Shown: in pieces, positions 43,096-53,394 of the stretch
How the letters are laid out: the number at the start of each line of letters is the position of its first letter
Numbering within the stretch: the first letter of the stretch is position 1
Assembly (NCBI GenBank): GCA_963804915.1
Contig: CAWDSI010000035.1
Coordinates: 14,827-78,826, forward strand
Reading direction: 5' to 3'
DNA from: an uncultured Acidobacteriota bacterium
GTDB lineage: Bacteria; Acidobacteriota; Thermoanaerobaculia; UBA5066; Gp7-AA6
Length of the DNA stretch: 64,000 bases
Translations under genes and position numbers: made by a program
Notes under the pieces: generated by a model
What the model saw: only the letters and a program-made list of their open reading frames with translations
Database searches by the model: none
Told to the model about the DNA's origin: nothing

Positions 43096-45482
43096 TCGGC
43101 CAGACGGTCACGCACTACCGTGTCCTCGGGAAGCTCGGCGGCGGCGGCATGGGTGTCGTCTACGAAGCCGAGGATCTGAAGCTCGGCCGCCGCGTGGCGT
43201 TGAAGTTCCTGCCGGAGGAGCTCGGCCGGGACGCGCAGGCACTCGAGCGGCTGCGGCGCGAGGCGCGGTCCGCCTCCTCGCTCCAGCACCCCCACATCTG
43301 CACGATCTACGACGTCGACGAGCACGAGGGCAAGCCCTTCATCGCGATGGAACTGCTCGAGGGCGAGACGCTGCGGGACCGTCTCGGGCCGGGGCCGCTC
43401 AAGCTCGACGACGCTGCTCGAGCTGGGGTCGCAGATCGCCGACGCGCTCGAGACGGCGCACGCGCGCGGGATCGTGCACCGCGACATCAAGCCGGCGAAC
43501 ATCTTCGTGACGAAACGCGGCCAGGCCAAGCTCCTCGACTTCGGTCTGGCCAAGCAGACGGAGCCCGATGCCGGCAGCGTCGGGAGATACGGCCCTGCCC
43601 ACGGCCATGGCCGAAGAGCACCTCACGAGTCCGGGCACGGCGCTCGGCACCGTGGCGTACATGTCGCCCGAGCAGGCCCGCGGCGAGCCGCTCGACGCTC
43701 GGACCGACATCTTTTCCTGCGGCGCCGTTCTCTACGAGATGGCGACGGGCCGACAGCCGTTTCCGGGCCAGACGACGGCGGTCATATTCGAAGCGATCCT
43801 GAACAAGACGCCGGTCTCTCCGGTCAAGCTCAACCCGGAGCTTCCGGCGGAGCTCGAGCGCATCGTCAACACGGCGCTCGAAAAGGACCGGGACCTCCGC
43901 TACCAGAGCATCGCGGACCTGAAAACCGACCTGAAGCGGCTCAAGCGCGACTCCGACTCGGCGAAGAGCGGGAAGACCGCCGCGGCCGCGCCGGCTCCGG
44001 CGCCGCCCGCGCGAGCCCCGCATTGGAAGATCGCCGCCGTCGCGGCGGCCTGCGTGCTCGCCGCCGCAGCCATCGGCTGGTGGGCGACGCACCGGCGCGG
44101 CGCTTCGCCTTCGGTCGGCGGCCAGACCACGCTCGCCGTCCTCCCGTTTCAGAACCTGGGAGCGGATCCGTCCACGGACTACCTGCGCCTCGCTCTCCCG
44201 GACGAGGTCATCACGACTCTGTCTTACATTCCGACGCTCGCGATTCGGCCCGTTCGCGGCGACGCAGAAGTACGCGAAGGGAGACGTGGACCCGCAGGCC
44301 GCCGGCAAGGAGCTCCGTGTGGCCGACGTTCTCACCGGCCACTTCCAGAAAGAAGGCGACCAGCTCCGCGTGACGCTCGAGGTCGTGGACACGGAGTCGA
44401 ACCGTTTGCTCTGGCGCGATTCCACGAGCGCCGCCGCGACGGACCTCATCGCCCTTCGCGAGGGGATCTCCGGACGCCTCCGCCAGGGTCTCTTCCCGCT
44501 TCTGGGCGGCTCGGCCGCCGGGGCAGATACCGGAACGCGGCCGAAGAACGCCGAGGCCTACGACCTCTACCTGCGCAGCAAGCCCATGACGAGCGACGAG
44601 GAGCCCAACACGCGGGCGCTCGCGATGCTCGAGCGCTCCGTGGGTCTGGATCCCGATTACGCGCCGGCGTGGGCCGCGCTTTCCCTGCGCTACTACTACG
44701 GGGTGCAGTTCGGCGAAGGGTCGAAAGACGACCTGGCTCGCTCCGCGTCGGCCTCGGAGAAGGCATTGGGACTCGACCCCAATCTGACCGAGGCGTCGCA
44801 GCAGCTGATCGTCCTTTCCACGGAGAGCGGGAACCTCCTCGACGCCGACGCGAAGGCCCGCGACCTCCTTCGCCGCCGGCCGAAAGACGCCGAGGCGCAC
44901 TTCAGCGTCGCGTACGTGCTTCGCTATGCGGGACTCTTCGAAGACGCGGCGCGAGAGTGCGACGCGGCTCGGGCCCTCGATCCCAGAAACCGAGCGTTCC
45001 GGTCGTGTGCGCTGCTGTTCGTCCAGCACGGCGAATATGCGAAAGCCCTCGAGTACGCGCGTCTGGATGCGGGATCGGCCTGGTCGACCGCCGCCGAGGT
45101 GGACATTCTCCTGCGACAGGGCAAGTCCGAGGCCGCGAGCGCCCTCATTCACGGCAACGCCAACCTCTTCCCCGGATACAGACTCCTGGACATGCCGCCC
45201 GGGTCGGAACGAGACCGCTTCGCCGCCGAGATGGAGCGAAAGTGGTTGAACACGACGGATCCCGAGAATGCCTATTACATGGCGGCGATCACGGCGAGGG
45301 CGGGATATCCGGACTCGACGCTGCGCCTTCTGAGAAGGACGGTCGACGGCAACTACCTGATCCACGAGAGCCTGGATCGGGATCCCGTCTTTGAATCGAT
45401 CCGAAGAATCCCGGAGTACGCGGCCATCCGCGCCGAGTCGATCCGGAGACAGAAGGAGTTTCTGGCGAAGCGAGCGCCCTGA
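43092..45482 (+). pseudogene. Ser/Thr protein kinase-TPR paralogue 3, CTG at the start position and three +1 frame breaks
   Basis: [28 protein letters not shown].. (frame 0), [27 protein letters not shown] (frame 1), ..[62 protein letters not shown] (frame 2), ..[32 protein letters not shown] (frame 0). Breaks lie near 43408, 43562-43580 and 44246-44251. 2391 nt = 796 codons + 3. Confidence 0.85.
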
Positions 45483-45487
45483 GTCCG

Positions 45488-46313
45488 CTACTTCGCGTTG
45501 GCTTTCGCGAGCGAATCCGCGACGGACTTCTTCCAGGCCGCCGGGGTCATGAGCTCGATCCCCTCGAGCTCGAGCTTGAAGCTGTTCCAGTCGGGGTTGT
45601 CGCGGAAGGGAATCTCGACTTTCTCGAGCCAGCCGCTCTTCGGGTCCCACCAGATGGTTCCCGTCGTGCCGCCGATGCCGGGACCGGAGATCCGGTACGA
45701 CCGGCAGGTCTTGCCGTGGATCTCGTCCTCGCCCGTGTAGACGATGTGCGCGTCGCCCCGATAGAATGACGAGAGGGCCGTCCTTCTGGAACGTCGGGTC
45801 GATGATCCCGATCGTGAACGGCGCCTTCGGATCGACGAGGTGGCGCCACGCGAAATTCAGGCTCGTGAAGTCGAAGTTGTAGACATGAAACGGGAGCTGC
45901 TTCCAGGCCGCGCTCCCCTTCCGGTCGCCCACCGTCACGTCGACGGCCCCCTTCGCACGGTCCACCACGAACGTGGCCCTTTCCTCGACCGATCCGTCGA
46001 GGTGGATCACCGCCGCTTCCATCCGGTCCGAGGTGAAGAGCTTCCAGTCGAAGTGCGCGCGGACCCAGGCCGCGTCGTTGACGTCCTTCTCGACCTTGGA
46101 CACCTCGAGGCGGTCGGGAGCGACGACGAAGATCGAGACCCGCGTCGGCTTGGATCCGTTCAGGTTCGACTTGACGTAGTGGGCGACCTCGTTCACCCGG
46201 ATCTTCCCGGGCTGATACCGGAACTTCGCGAGGTCGGAAGCCGGGCGCGGCGGGTCGGGCGCGGCGCCCAGGAGCGCCAGGGACACGAGGACGACCGGAA
46301 CGGCTCTACTCAT
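45488..46313 (-). pseudogene. secreted hypothetical protein, one +1 frame break near 45770-45782
   Basis: Signal peptide MSRAVPVVLVSLALLGA. The N-terminal 180 aa are in the ORF 44211..46313 frame. The C-terminal ..ALSSFYRGDAHIVYTGEDEIHGKTCRSYRISGPGIGGTTGTIWWDPKSGWLEKVEIPF..SLAKANAK* is in the next frame. 826 nt = 275 codons + 1. Confidence 0.65.
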
Positions 46314-46338
46314 AGCGAAGGGCCTCGGCGATGTCGAG

Positions 46339-47556
46339 CTACGCGGCGCGGCGCGCCGGAAACCAGGACGCGAGGAGGATGGCCAGGGCGGCGAAGCCCA
46401 CGATCGCGGCCAGATCCTTCAGGCGCACCAGAAACGGGATGTAGGAGACGAAGTAGATCTCGGCGACCCCCGGCGGAAAGGAGAGCAGCCGGAAGCGGGT
46501 CATGACCCAGCAGACGAGGACGCCGAAGACGACTCCGAAGAGCACGCCCGCGCCGCCGAGGAGCGCCCCGAGGGCGAGGAAGACCCGGGAAAAGAACCGC
46601 GGCTCGGCGCCGAGCGTCGTGAGGACGCCGATGTCGCGCTTTTTCTCCTGCACGGTCATCACGAGCGTCGCGACGACGTTGAACGTCGAAACGGCCACGA
46701 TCAGTCCGATGACCAGAAACAGCGTCGTCTGCTGGATGGCCAGCGCCGCGAAGAGGCCGCCGTTCATCGAGCGCCAGTCCGAGATCGAGTACCCGGCGCC
46801 CGCCGCGTCCCGGATCGCGGCCGCGACGACTTCCGTGTCCCGCAGCGAGTCCAGGCTGACCTCCACCACGTTCGCCCGGCCCTCCATGTGCGCCAGCTTT
46901 CGGAGCTCCTCACGGTCGATGAACACCCACTCGGTGTCGTACTCCGAGAAATTCGTCCGGAAGATGCGCGCGACCCGGAAGCGCCCGGTGCGCGGAACGA
47001 ACCGCCCGACGCCGGGAGACGCGTCGGCCGCCGACAGCGTGATCGTGTCGCCGGCCCGGACGTCCAGCCGCGCGGCGAGCTCCGCGCCGATCGCCACGCC
47101 CGCGAGGACTCCCGCGCCGCCGCGCGTGATGGCGTGCTCGGGGTCGGGAAGGTAGGAGTCGAGGTCGGAGACGCGGCGCTCCGCGGTCGGGTCGATGCCC
47201 TTCAGCACGGCGTCGGTTCCGTCCGGCAGGGCGGCCGAGGCCGCCACCCCGGTCTGGTAGATCACCGAGGCCGTGGCCTGCACGCCGGGAACCGCGGCGA
47301 CGCGCTTCTCCAGAGCTTCGGGATTCGGGTCGCCTCCGGGGATCAGCGGAAAGACGACGATCGGGGCGTTGGCGCCGATGAGCTTCTCGCGGATCTCGGT
47401 GCGATAGCCCGACAGGAGCCCCATCGCGACGACGAGGGCCGCCACGCCGACGGCGATGCCCCCGATCGAGAGGAGCGACACCGACGACACCAGCCGCGAG
47501 GGCCGCGACTTGAGGTACCGCAGGGCGACATCGAGCTCGATCGGCAGGCTGTTCAA
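46339..47556 (-). CDS. LolC/LolE-family lipoprotein-releasing ABC permease (FtsX-like)
   Basis: C-terminal 405 codons of ORF 46339..48783. ..[32 protein letters not shown].. and a C-terminal FtsX 4-TM domain. The TTG start overlaps the carA stop (TTGA). Confidence 0.85.
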   Translation of the reverse strand: MNSLPIELDVALRYLKSRPSRLVSSVSLLSIGGIAVGVAALVVAMGLLSGYRTEIREKLIGANAPIVVFPLIPGGDPNPEALEKRVAAVPGVQATASVIYQTGVAASAALPDGTDAVLKGIDPTAERRVSDLDSYLPDPEHAITRGGAGVLAGVAIGAELAARLDVRAGDTITLSAADASPGVGRFVPRTGRFRVARIFRTNFSEYDTEWVFIDREELRKLAHMEGRANVVEVSLDSLRDTEVVAAAIRDAAGAGYSISDWRSMNGGLFAALAIQQTTLFLVIGLIVAVSTFNVVATLVMTVQEKKRDIGVLTTLGAEPRFFSRVFLALGALLGGAGVLFGVVFGVLVCWVMTRFRLLSFPPGVAEIYFVSYIPFLVRLKDLAAIVGFAALAILLASWFPARRAA

Positions 47557-48671
47557 GGCCTGGCCGTCTTGCCGCGCGCCTGCTCCATCGATTCGAGGAA
47601 CGGGTGGAAGAGAACGTTGGCGTCGTGCGGGCCCGGCGAGGCCTCCGGATGAAACTGCGCCGCCGTGATCGGAAGACGGCGGTGGCGAAAACCCTCGAGC
47701 GTCCCGTCGTTCAAGTTCCGATGCGTCGTCTCGACGTCCTTCGGCAGCGTGTCCGGGTCCACGGCGAACCCGTGATTCTGCGACGTGATGATGACGTGGC
47801 CGGTCGCGAGGTCCTGCACGGGATGGTTGGCGCCGCGGTGGCCGAACTTCAGCTTGAACGTCGTGGCCCCGAGCGCGAGCCCCAGCAGCTGATGGCCGAG
47901 GCAGATCCCGAAGATGGGCTTGCCGGTCTCGATGAGCGCCCCGATCGTCCGGATGGGTCCCGCGAGCGCCGCGGGATCGCCCGGACCGTTCGACAGGAAG
48001 ATGCCGTCGGGCCGGCTCTCGAGGATCTCCTCGGCCGGCGCCGACGCCGGGAACACCGCGACGCGGCAGGACCCGGCCTGCAGCAGCCGGACGATGTTGC
48101 GCTTCATGCCGTAGTCGACGGCGGCCACGCGATACTTCTTCTTCCCGCGCCCTCCCCGTTCGACCCGCGCCTCGCGCGACGACACGGCGAGCGCCAGGTC
48201 GCTCCCGACCATGCCCGGCGACGCGAGCACGCGGCGGTGGAGCTCGGCCGGATCCTCGATCTCGGTCGAGATCCCGGCGCGCATCGCTCCCTCGCTGCGG
48301 ATCCGCCGGACGAGCGAGCGGGTGTCGAGACCGTGGAGGCCGGTGATCGCGTTCTTCTCGAGATACGTGTCGAGGCTGATCTCTCCGCCGGTGCCGCTCC
48401 ACCGCGTCGGAAAGTCGCGCGCCACGAAGCCGGCCACGTGGACGCGGTCCGACTCCGCCTCGTCCGCCCGGATGCCGTAGTTGCCGACGTGCGCCGCCGT
48501 CATGACGACGATCTGCCCGGAGTAGGAGGGATCGGTGAGCACTTCCTGGTACCCGCTCATCGCGGTGTTGAAGACGATCTCGCCGAAGGACGTCCCCGGC
48601 CGGCCGATGGCGTCGCCCCGGTACACCGTCCCGTCTTCGAGGACGAGCAGTCCTCTCAGGGGTCCCTTCAC
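47553..48671 (-). CDS. carA: carbamoyl-phosphate synthase small (glutaminase) subunit
   Basis: 372 aa. ..[12 protein letters not shown].., ..NHGFAV... The GTG start overlaps the aroF stop (GTGA). Confidence 0.95.
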   Translation of the reverse strand: MKGPLRGLLVLEDGTVYRGDAIGRPGTSFGEIVFNTAMSGYQEVLTDPSYSGQIVVMTAAHVGNYGIRADEAESDRVHVAGFVARDFPTRWSGTGGEISLDTYLEKNAITGLHGLDTRSLVRRIRSEGAMRAGISTEIEDPAELHRRVLASPGMVGSDLALAVSSREARVERGGRGKKKYRVAAVDYGMKRNIVRLLQAGSCRVAVFPASAPAEEILESRPDGIFLSNGPGDPAALAGPIRTIGALIETGKPIFGICLGHQLLGLALGATTFKLKFGHRGANHPVQDLATGHVIITSQNHGFAVDPDTLPKDVETTHRNLNDGTLEGFRHRRLPITAAQFHPEASPGPHDANVLFHPFLESMEQARGKTARP

Positions 48672-49681
48672 GCCGTCCGGCCCACGACCGGCGCGAGCCG
48701 CCGCAGCTGGAGGACGAGCTCCCCGAACATCTCCGGCAGGATCGCCTGCGGCCCGTCCGAAAGGGCGTGCTCGGGCTCGTCATGGACTTCGATGAGCAGC
48801 CCGTCGGCCCCGACCGCGACGGCGGCCCGGGAGAGCGGCAGCACCTTGGCGCGCTTGCCCGTCCCGTGCGAAGGATCGACGACGATGGGCAGGTGGGAGA
48901 TCCGCTGGACGTAGGGCACGGCGGAGAGGTCGAGCGTGTTGCGGGTGTGGTCCGCGAACGTGCGGATGCCGCGCTCGCAGAGGATGACGTCGTAGTTGCC
49001 TTCGGCGAGCAGGTACTCGGCCGAGAGCAGGAGCTCCTCGATCGTGGCCGACATGCCGCGCTTGAGCAGCACGGGCTTCTTGATGCGACCGAGCTTTTTC
49101 AGGAGCGAGAAGTTCTGCATGTTGCGCGCGCCGACCTGGAGACAGTCGGCGTGCTCGGCGACGAGCTCCGCCGTCTCGGTGTCGAGGACCTCCGTGACGA
49201 TCGGGAGCCCCGTCTCCGCCCGGACGCGCGAGAGGATCTTCAGGCCCTCGGCGCCGAGCCCCTGAAAGGAGTAGGGCGAGGTGCGCGGCTTGAAAGCGCC
49301 GCCGCGGTAGAGGTTCGCGCCGGCCTCGCGCACGCGGCGGCCGATCTCGACGGCCCGCGCCTCCGACTCGATGGCGCAGGGCCCCGCGGCGACCGCGAGT
49401 TTCTCGCCGCCGACCAGCACGCCGCCGACCGAGACGACGGTGTTCTCGCGCTTGGCTTCCCGGGAGACGAGCTTGTACGGAGCCGAGACCGGTATGACCT
49501 CCGTCACACCGGGAAGGTTTTCGAACGCCCCGCGGTCGACCGTGCCGCGGTTTCCGGTGATGCCGATCGCCGTTCGCTGCGCGCCGGGAATGGGATGCGC
49601 CTGGAGACCGAGGCCCTGAACGGTATCGACGACGCGGGCAATGTCCTCCGCGGAGGCGCCCGCGTCCATCACGATGAGCAT
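48668..49681 (-). CDS. aroF: 3-deoxy-7-phosphoheptulonate (DAHP) synthase, type I-beta with an N-terminal regulatory domain
   Basis: 337 aa. ..AAGPCAIES.., ..[16 protein letters not shown].., ..LLKRG.., ..VDPSHGTG... Confidence 0.9.
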   Translation of the reverse strand: MLIVMDAGASAEDIARVVDTVQGLGLQAHPIPGAQRTAIGITGNRGTVDRGAFENLPGVTEVIPVSAPYKLVSREAKRENTVVSVGGVLVGGEKLAVAAGPCAIESEARAVEIGRRVREAGANLYRGGAFKPRTSPYSFQGLGAEGLKILSRVRAETGLPIVTEVLDTETAELVAEHADCLQVGARNMQNFSLLKKLGRIKKPVLLKRGMSATIEELLLSAEYLLAEGNYDVILCERGIRTFADHTRNTLDLSAVPYVQRISHLPIVVDPSHGTGKRAKVLPLSRAAVAVGADGLLIEVHDEPEHALSDGPQAILPEMFGELVLQLRRLAPVVGRTA

Positions 49682-49756
49682 CGGGGTGCTATCATCTGAG
49701 CCACGGCTGACAGAGTCAAACTCGTTCCGGCGGACGCCGGAGGAGGTCCGCGAATC

Positions 49757-50483
49757 GTGAAAAAGAGCCTGTTTCTGGCACTCGCCGTCCTCATCGCCTT
49801 CTCGGCGGAGACCTTCGCCTACGTCATCAAACTCAAGGACGGCTCGCTCATCTTTGCGCGGACCAAGTACACGGTGAAGGGCGACCGCGCCATCATCACG
49901 CTCGAAAACGGCACGGTCACGGCCCTCAAGCTCGAAGAGATCGACGTCGAAGGCTCGGAGAAGTACAACAAGGAGAACTTCGGCAACGTCGTCGCGATCG
50001 ACACGCCCGACAGCCGCAAGCCCACGCCGGCGCCCGAAGCGCCGCAGCCTCCGCGCATCCAGGACTACATCAAGCAGAACAAGCCGCGCATGGAGCTGCC
50101 CCCCTCCGCCAGCGACAAGGCCGCCTCGGCGTCGGGCTCCGGGCCGTCCTTCGGCGCGGTCGATCCGAACCTCCAGGGAGCCTTCACACGGATCTTCGAC
50201 GGCGCGGGCATCACGCAGTACAAGCTGACGAACTTCCGCGGCACGACCGGCGTGCTCGTCACGGCGAACACCGAGGAAGCCGTGTTCAACGCCATCAACG
50301 CCACGGCGCGAGCCCTCTCGGATCCCGCCAGCCGCGGGAACCCGATCACGGTCACCGTCGTTCTCACGACGTCGTCGGGGGAGTCCGCCGGCCGCCTCGA
50401 GATGACCCCCGAGCAGGCGCGGATGCTGGTCAACGGCCAGACCACGGCCGCGGACTATTTCGTGAGGAACGTCGCGCTGTTAG
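49757..50483 (+). CDS. secreted hypothetical protein; 3' end uncertain (no in-frame stop before 51145)
   Basis: Signal peptide MKKSLFLALAVLIAFSAETFA. Coherent sequence runs to ..TTAADYFVRNVALL. The frame then runs antisense through two convergent genes as Arg-rich noise. TTA at 50480-50482 and an out-of-frame TAG at 50481-50483 mark the likely lost stop. Confidence 0.6.
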
Positions 50484-50485
50484 CG

Positions 50486-50800
50486 TCAGGGTTCCGGAAT
50501 CGGCGTCAGGTAGTACCGCGCGTCCTCGCCGACCGTCCGCTTGAAGCGCTCGGCGAACGAGACGAAGTCGCCGGCGCTCTCGTCCAGGAAGACCCTCTCC
50601 ACGCGGTGCAGCGGGAAGAAGACCGTCGTCGGCAGGACGGTGACGGTCTCCTTGCGGGAAATCTCGTGCAGCCAGCCTTCGAACCCCTCGAGCGACAGCC
50701 CGCGAATGGTGAGACCGGAGCCGTCCCGGTCCTTGAGGAGGCCCCAGAACTTCTCGCGCGGGTTGACGAGCTGGACGAGCACGTACTCCCCGATCTTCAT
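50486..50800 (-). CDS. conserved-looking 104-aa hypothetical protein, translationally coupled to mce
   Basis: MKIGEYVLVQLVNPREKFWGLLKDRDGSGLTIRGLSLEGFEGWLHEI... The ATG overlaps the mce stop (ATGA). No family recognised. Confidence 0.6.
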   Translation of the reverse strand: MKIGEYVLVQLVNPREKFWGLLKDRDGSGLTIRGLSLEGFEGWLHEISRKETVTVLPTTVFFPLHRVERVFLDESAGDFVSFAERFKRTVGEDARYYLTPIPEP

Positions 50801-51210
50801 GGCGCCGTCTCCTTTCTCTCGGACAGCTCGATGAGCACGCCGCCGCCGGCTTCCGGATGGAGAAACGCGACGCGCTTGCCGTCGGCTCCGGGAACGGGAT
50901 TCGCGTGGATCAGGCGGAATCCCCGCCGAGACAGGTCCGCGAGAGCGCCCTCGAGGTCCTCGACCGCGAAACAGAGGTGGTGCACGCCTCCTCCGCGTTT
51001 CTCGAGGAACTTCGCGACCGGGGAATCGGCGGAGGTCGGTTCGAGGAGCTCGATCCGCGACTCCCCCACCGGGAGAAACGCCACGGTGACCTTCTGGCCG
51101 GGCACGACCTCGCGCTTCGCTTCGGACAGCCCGAGCGCGCGGTAGATCCCGAGCGCCGAGTCGATCGAGGACACGGCCACGCCGACGTGGTCGAGCTTGT
51201 AGGCGGTCAC
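50797..51210 (-). CDS. mce: methylmalonyl-CoA epimerase (VOC/glyoxalase fold)
   Basis: 137 aa. [51 protein letters not shown]... The GTG overlaps the meaB stop. Confidence 0.85.
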   Translation of the reverse strand: MTAYKLDHVGVAVSSIDSALGIYRALGLSEAKREVVPGQKVTVAFLPVGESRIELLEPTSADSPVAKFLEKRGGGVHHLCFAVEDLEGALADLSRRGFRLIHANPVPGADGKRVAFLHPEAGGGVLIELSERKETAP

Positions 51211-52226
51211 GAGGCCGACCCCGCGGCCATTCTCGCGGCCCCCTCCCGGGCGTCGCGGACGAGGCGATCGAAGAGGCGGCCGGCCGCCGTGTAAGGATCC
51301 TCGCGCCGCGCCGTCACTCCCCGCACGGCCTCTTCGAGGCCGTCGGGCTCGGGAGCCCGGGCCTCGATCGTGCGCCGGAAGCGCTCTTCGAGGAGAGCCA
51401 GCAGGCGCGAGCGCGCCCGGACCGCGCGACGCCGCGCTCCCTCGGCGGACTGCGCCAGGTACGTGCCGTGGGATTCGAGGGCCTGGACGGCTTCGGGAAC
51501 TCCCGCGCCCGAAGGGGCCGTGGTCTTGACGATCGGCGGGCGCCAGGTGCCCGATCCGTGCGCCGAGAGGTCGAGCATCATCGACAGCTCCGAAACGGCC
51601 CGGTCGGAGCCCTCGCGCTCCGCCTTGTTGACGATGAAGACGTCGGCGATCTCGAGGATCCCGGCCTTGATCGCCTGGATGTCGTCTCCGAGGCCCGGCA
51701 CGAGAACGACCGCGGTCGTATCCGCGGCGCGCACGACGTCGACCTCGTCCTGGCCGACCCCGACCGTTTCGATGAGGATCACCTGGAAGCCCGCGGCGTC
51801 GAGGATGTCCACCGCGTCGCTCGTGGCCCGCGCGAGGCCGCCCAGCGTTCCGCGCGTCGCCATCGAGCGGATGAAGACACCCGGATCCGTGTAGATCTCG
51901 GCCATCCGGATCCGGTCGCCGAGGATCGCTCCTCCCGTGAACGGCGACGACGGGTCCACGGCGACGACCCCGACCGTGCGCCCCTGCCGGCGATACGCCT
52001 GCGCCAGCCGCAGCACGAGCGTGGACTTGCCGGCCCCCGGCGGCCCGGTGATCCCGATGATGCGCGCCCGTCCGGTCTCGCGGAAGACGCGACGCAGGAT
52101 CTCCGGCACGTCGCCCGAGTCGCGCTCGACTTCCGAGATCGCGCGCCCGATGGGTCTCGACTTTCCGGCCAGCACTCCCCGCGCAAGCTCTTCGGGCGTC
52201 GGGCCTGGGGCCGACGCCCCGGTCAT
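51207..52226 (-). CDS. meaB: methylmalonyl-CoA mutase-associated G3E GTPase MeaB/ArgK
   Basis: 339 aa. ..[15 protein letters not shown].., ..[10 protein letters not shown].., ..VNKAE... The ATG overlaps the upstream stop. Confidence 0.9.
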   Translation of the reverse strand: MTGASAPGPTPEELARGVLAGKSRPIGRAISEVERDSGDVPEILRRVFRETGRARIIGITGPPGAGKSTLVLRLAQAYRRQGRTVGVVAVDPSSPFTGGAILGDRIRMAEIYTDPGVFIRSMATRGTLGGLARATSDAVDILDAAGFQVILIETVGVGQDEVDVVRAADTTAVVLVPGLGDDIQAIKAGILEIADVFIVNKAEREGSDRAVSELSMMLDLSAHGSGTWRPPIVKTTAPSGAGVPEAVQALESHGTYLAQSAEGARRRAVRARSRLLALLEERFRRTIEARAPEPDGLEEAVRGVTARREDPYTAAGRLFDRLVRDAREGAARMAAGSAS

Positions 52227-53385
52227 GGGCCGCCCGCGAGGAGCTGCTTTGCGATGACGAGCTTCTGGATCTCGCTCGTCCCCTCGCCGATCGTGCAGAG
52301 CTTGACGTCGCGATAGTACTTTTCGACCGGGAAGTCCTTCGTGAAGCCGTAGCCGCCGTGGATCTGGATCCCGAGGTCCGTGACCCGCACGGCGATCTCG
52401 GACGCATAGAGCTTGGCCTGCGCCGAGAATCTCGTGACGATCTCGCCGGCGTCCTTCGCGGCGGCGGCCCGCTGCGTGAGGAGGCGCGCCGCGTCGATCT
52501 CGGTCGCCATCTCCGACAGGTAGAACTGGATCGCCTCGAACTCGCAGATCGGCCGGCCGAACTGGCGGCGCTCCTTCGAGTACTTGAGCGAGGCTTCGTA
52601 GGCGCCCCGGGCCAGACCGACCGAGAGGGCGGCGATGGAGATGCGTCCCCCGTCGAGGATCTTCATGGAGTCGACCCAGCCCCCGCCCTCTTCGCCGAGC
52701 AGCGCGTCCGACGCGAGGCGGCAGTCCTCCATGACGAGGGTGCACGTATCGGACGCCCGCATCCCGAGCTTGTTCTCCTTCTTGCCGACGCGGATCCCCG
52801 GGTTGTCGAGCTCCACCACGAAGGCCGAGATCCCGCGGTTTCCCTTGGCGCGGTCGGTCACGGCCATCAGGATGGCGACCGCGCCCACCGATGCGTTCGT
52901 GATGAAGTTCTTCGAGCCGTTCAGCACCCACTGGTTGCCGTCGCGGACCGCCGTCGTCTTCGTCCCGCTCGAATCCGATCCGGCCTCGGCCTCCGTCAGG
53001 CCCCATGCGGCGAGCCACTCTCCCGAGGTCAGCTTCGGCATGTACTTTCGCCGCTGGGCCTCGGTGCCGAACTGGAAGAGGTGATTCGAGCCGAGGCTGT
53101 TGTGGGCCGCGAGCGAAAGGGCGATCGAAGGATCCACGCACGAGATCTCTTCGACGATGGCGGCGTAGTCCATGTAGGACAAAGCCGCGCCGCCGTATTC
53201 CTCGGGGAAGAGGACGCCGAGGAAGCCGAGCTCGCCGAGCTTGCGGAAGACCTCGACCGGGAACTCCTGGGCTTCGTCCCAGCGCATGACGTGGGGCCGG
53301 ATCTCGGCCTCGCAGAAATCCCGAAGCGTCTGGATGATCGAGTCCGAGCTTCGCGGGCTTCCCGCTCGGCGGTGACGGTGTGCAC
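52223..53385 (-). pseudogene. acyl-CoA dehydrogenase; the first ~13 codons are in a different frame (one -1 event near 53340-53360)
   Basis: The body ..[63 protein letters not shown].. has no in-frame start near its N-terminus. GTG at 53385 (9 nt after the SpoIID stop) opens [13 protein letters not shown].. in the adjacent frame. 1163+1 nt = 388 codons. Confidence 0.8.
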
Positions 53386-53394
53386 GGGGGGATT

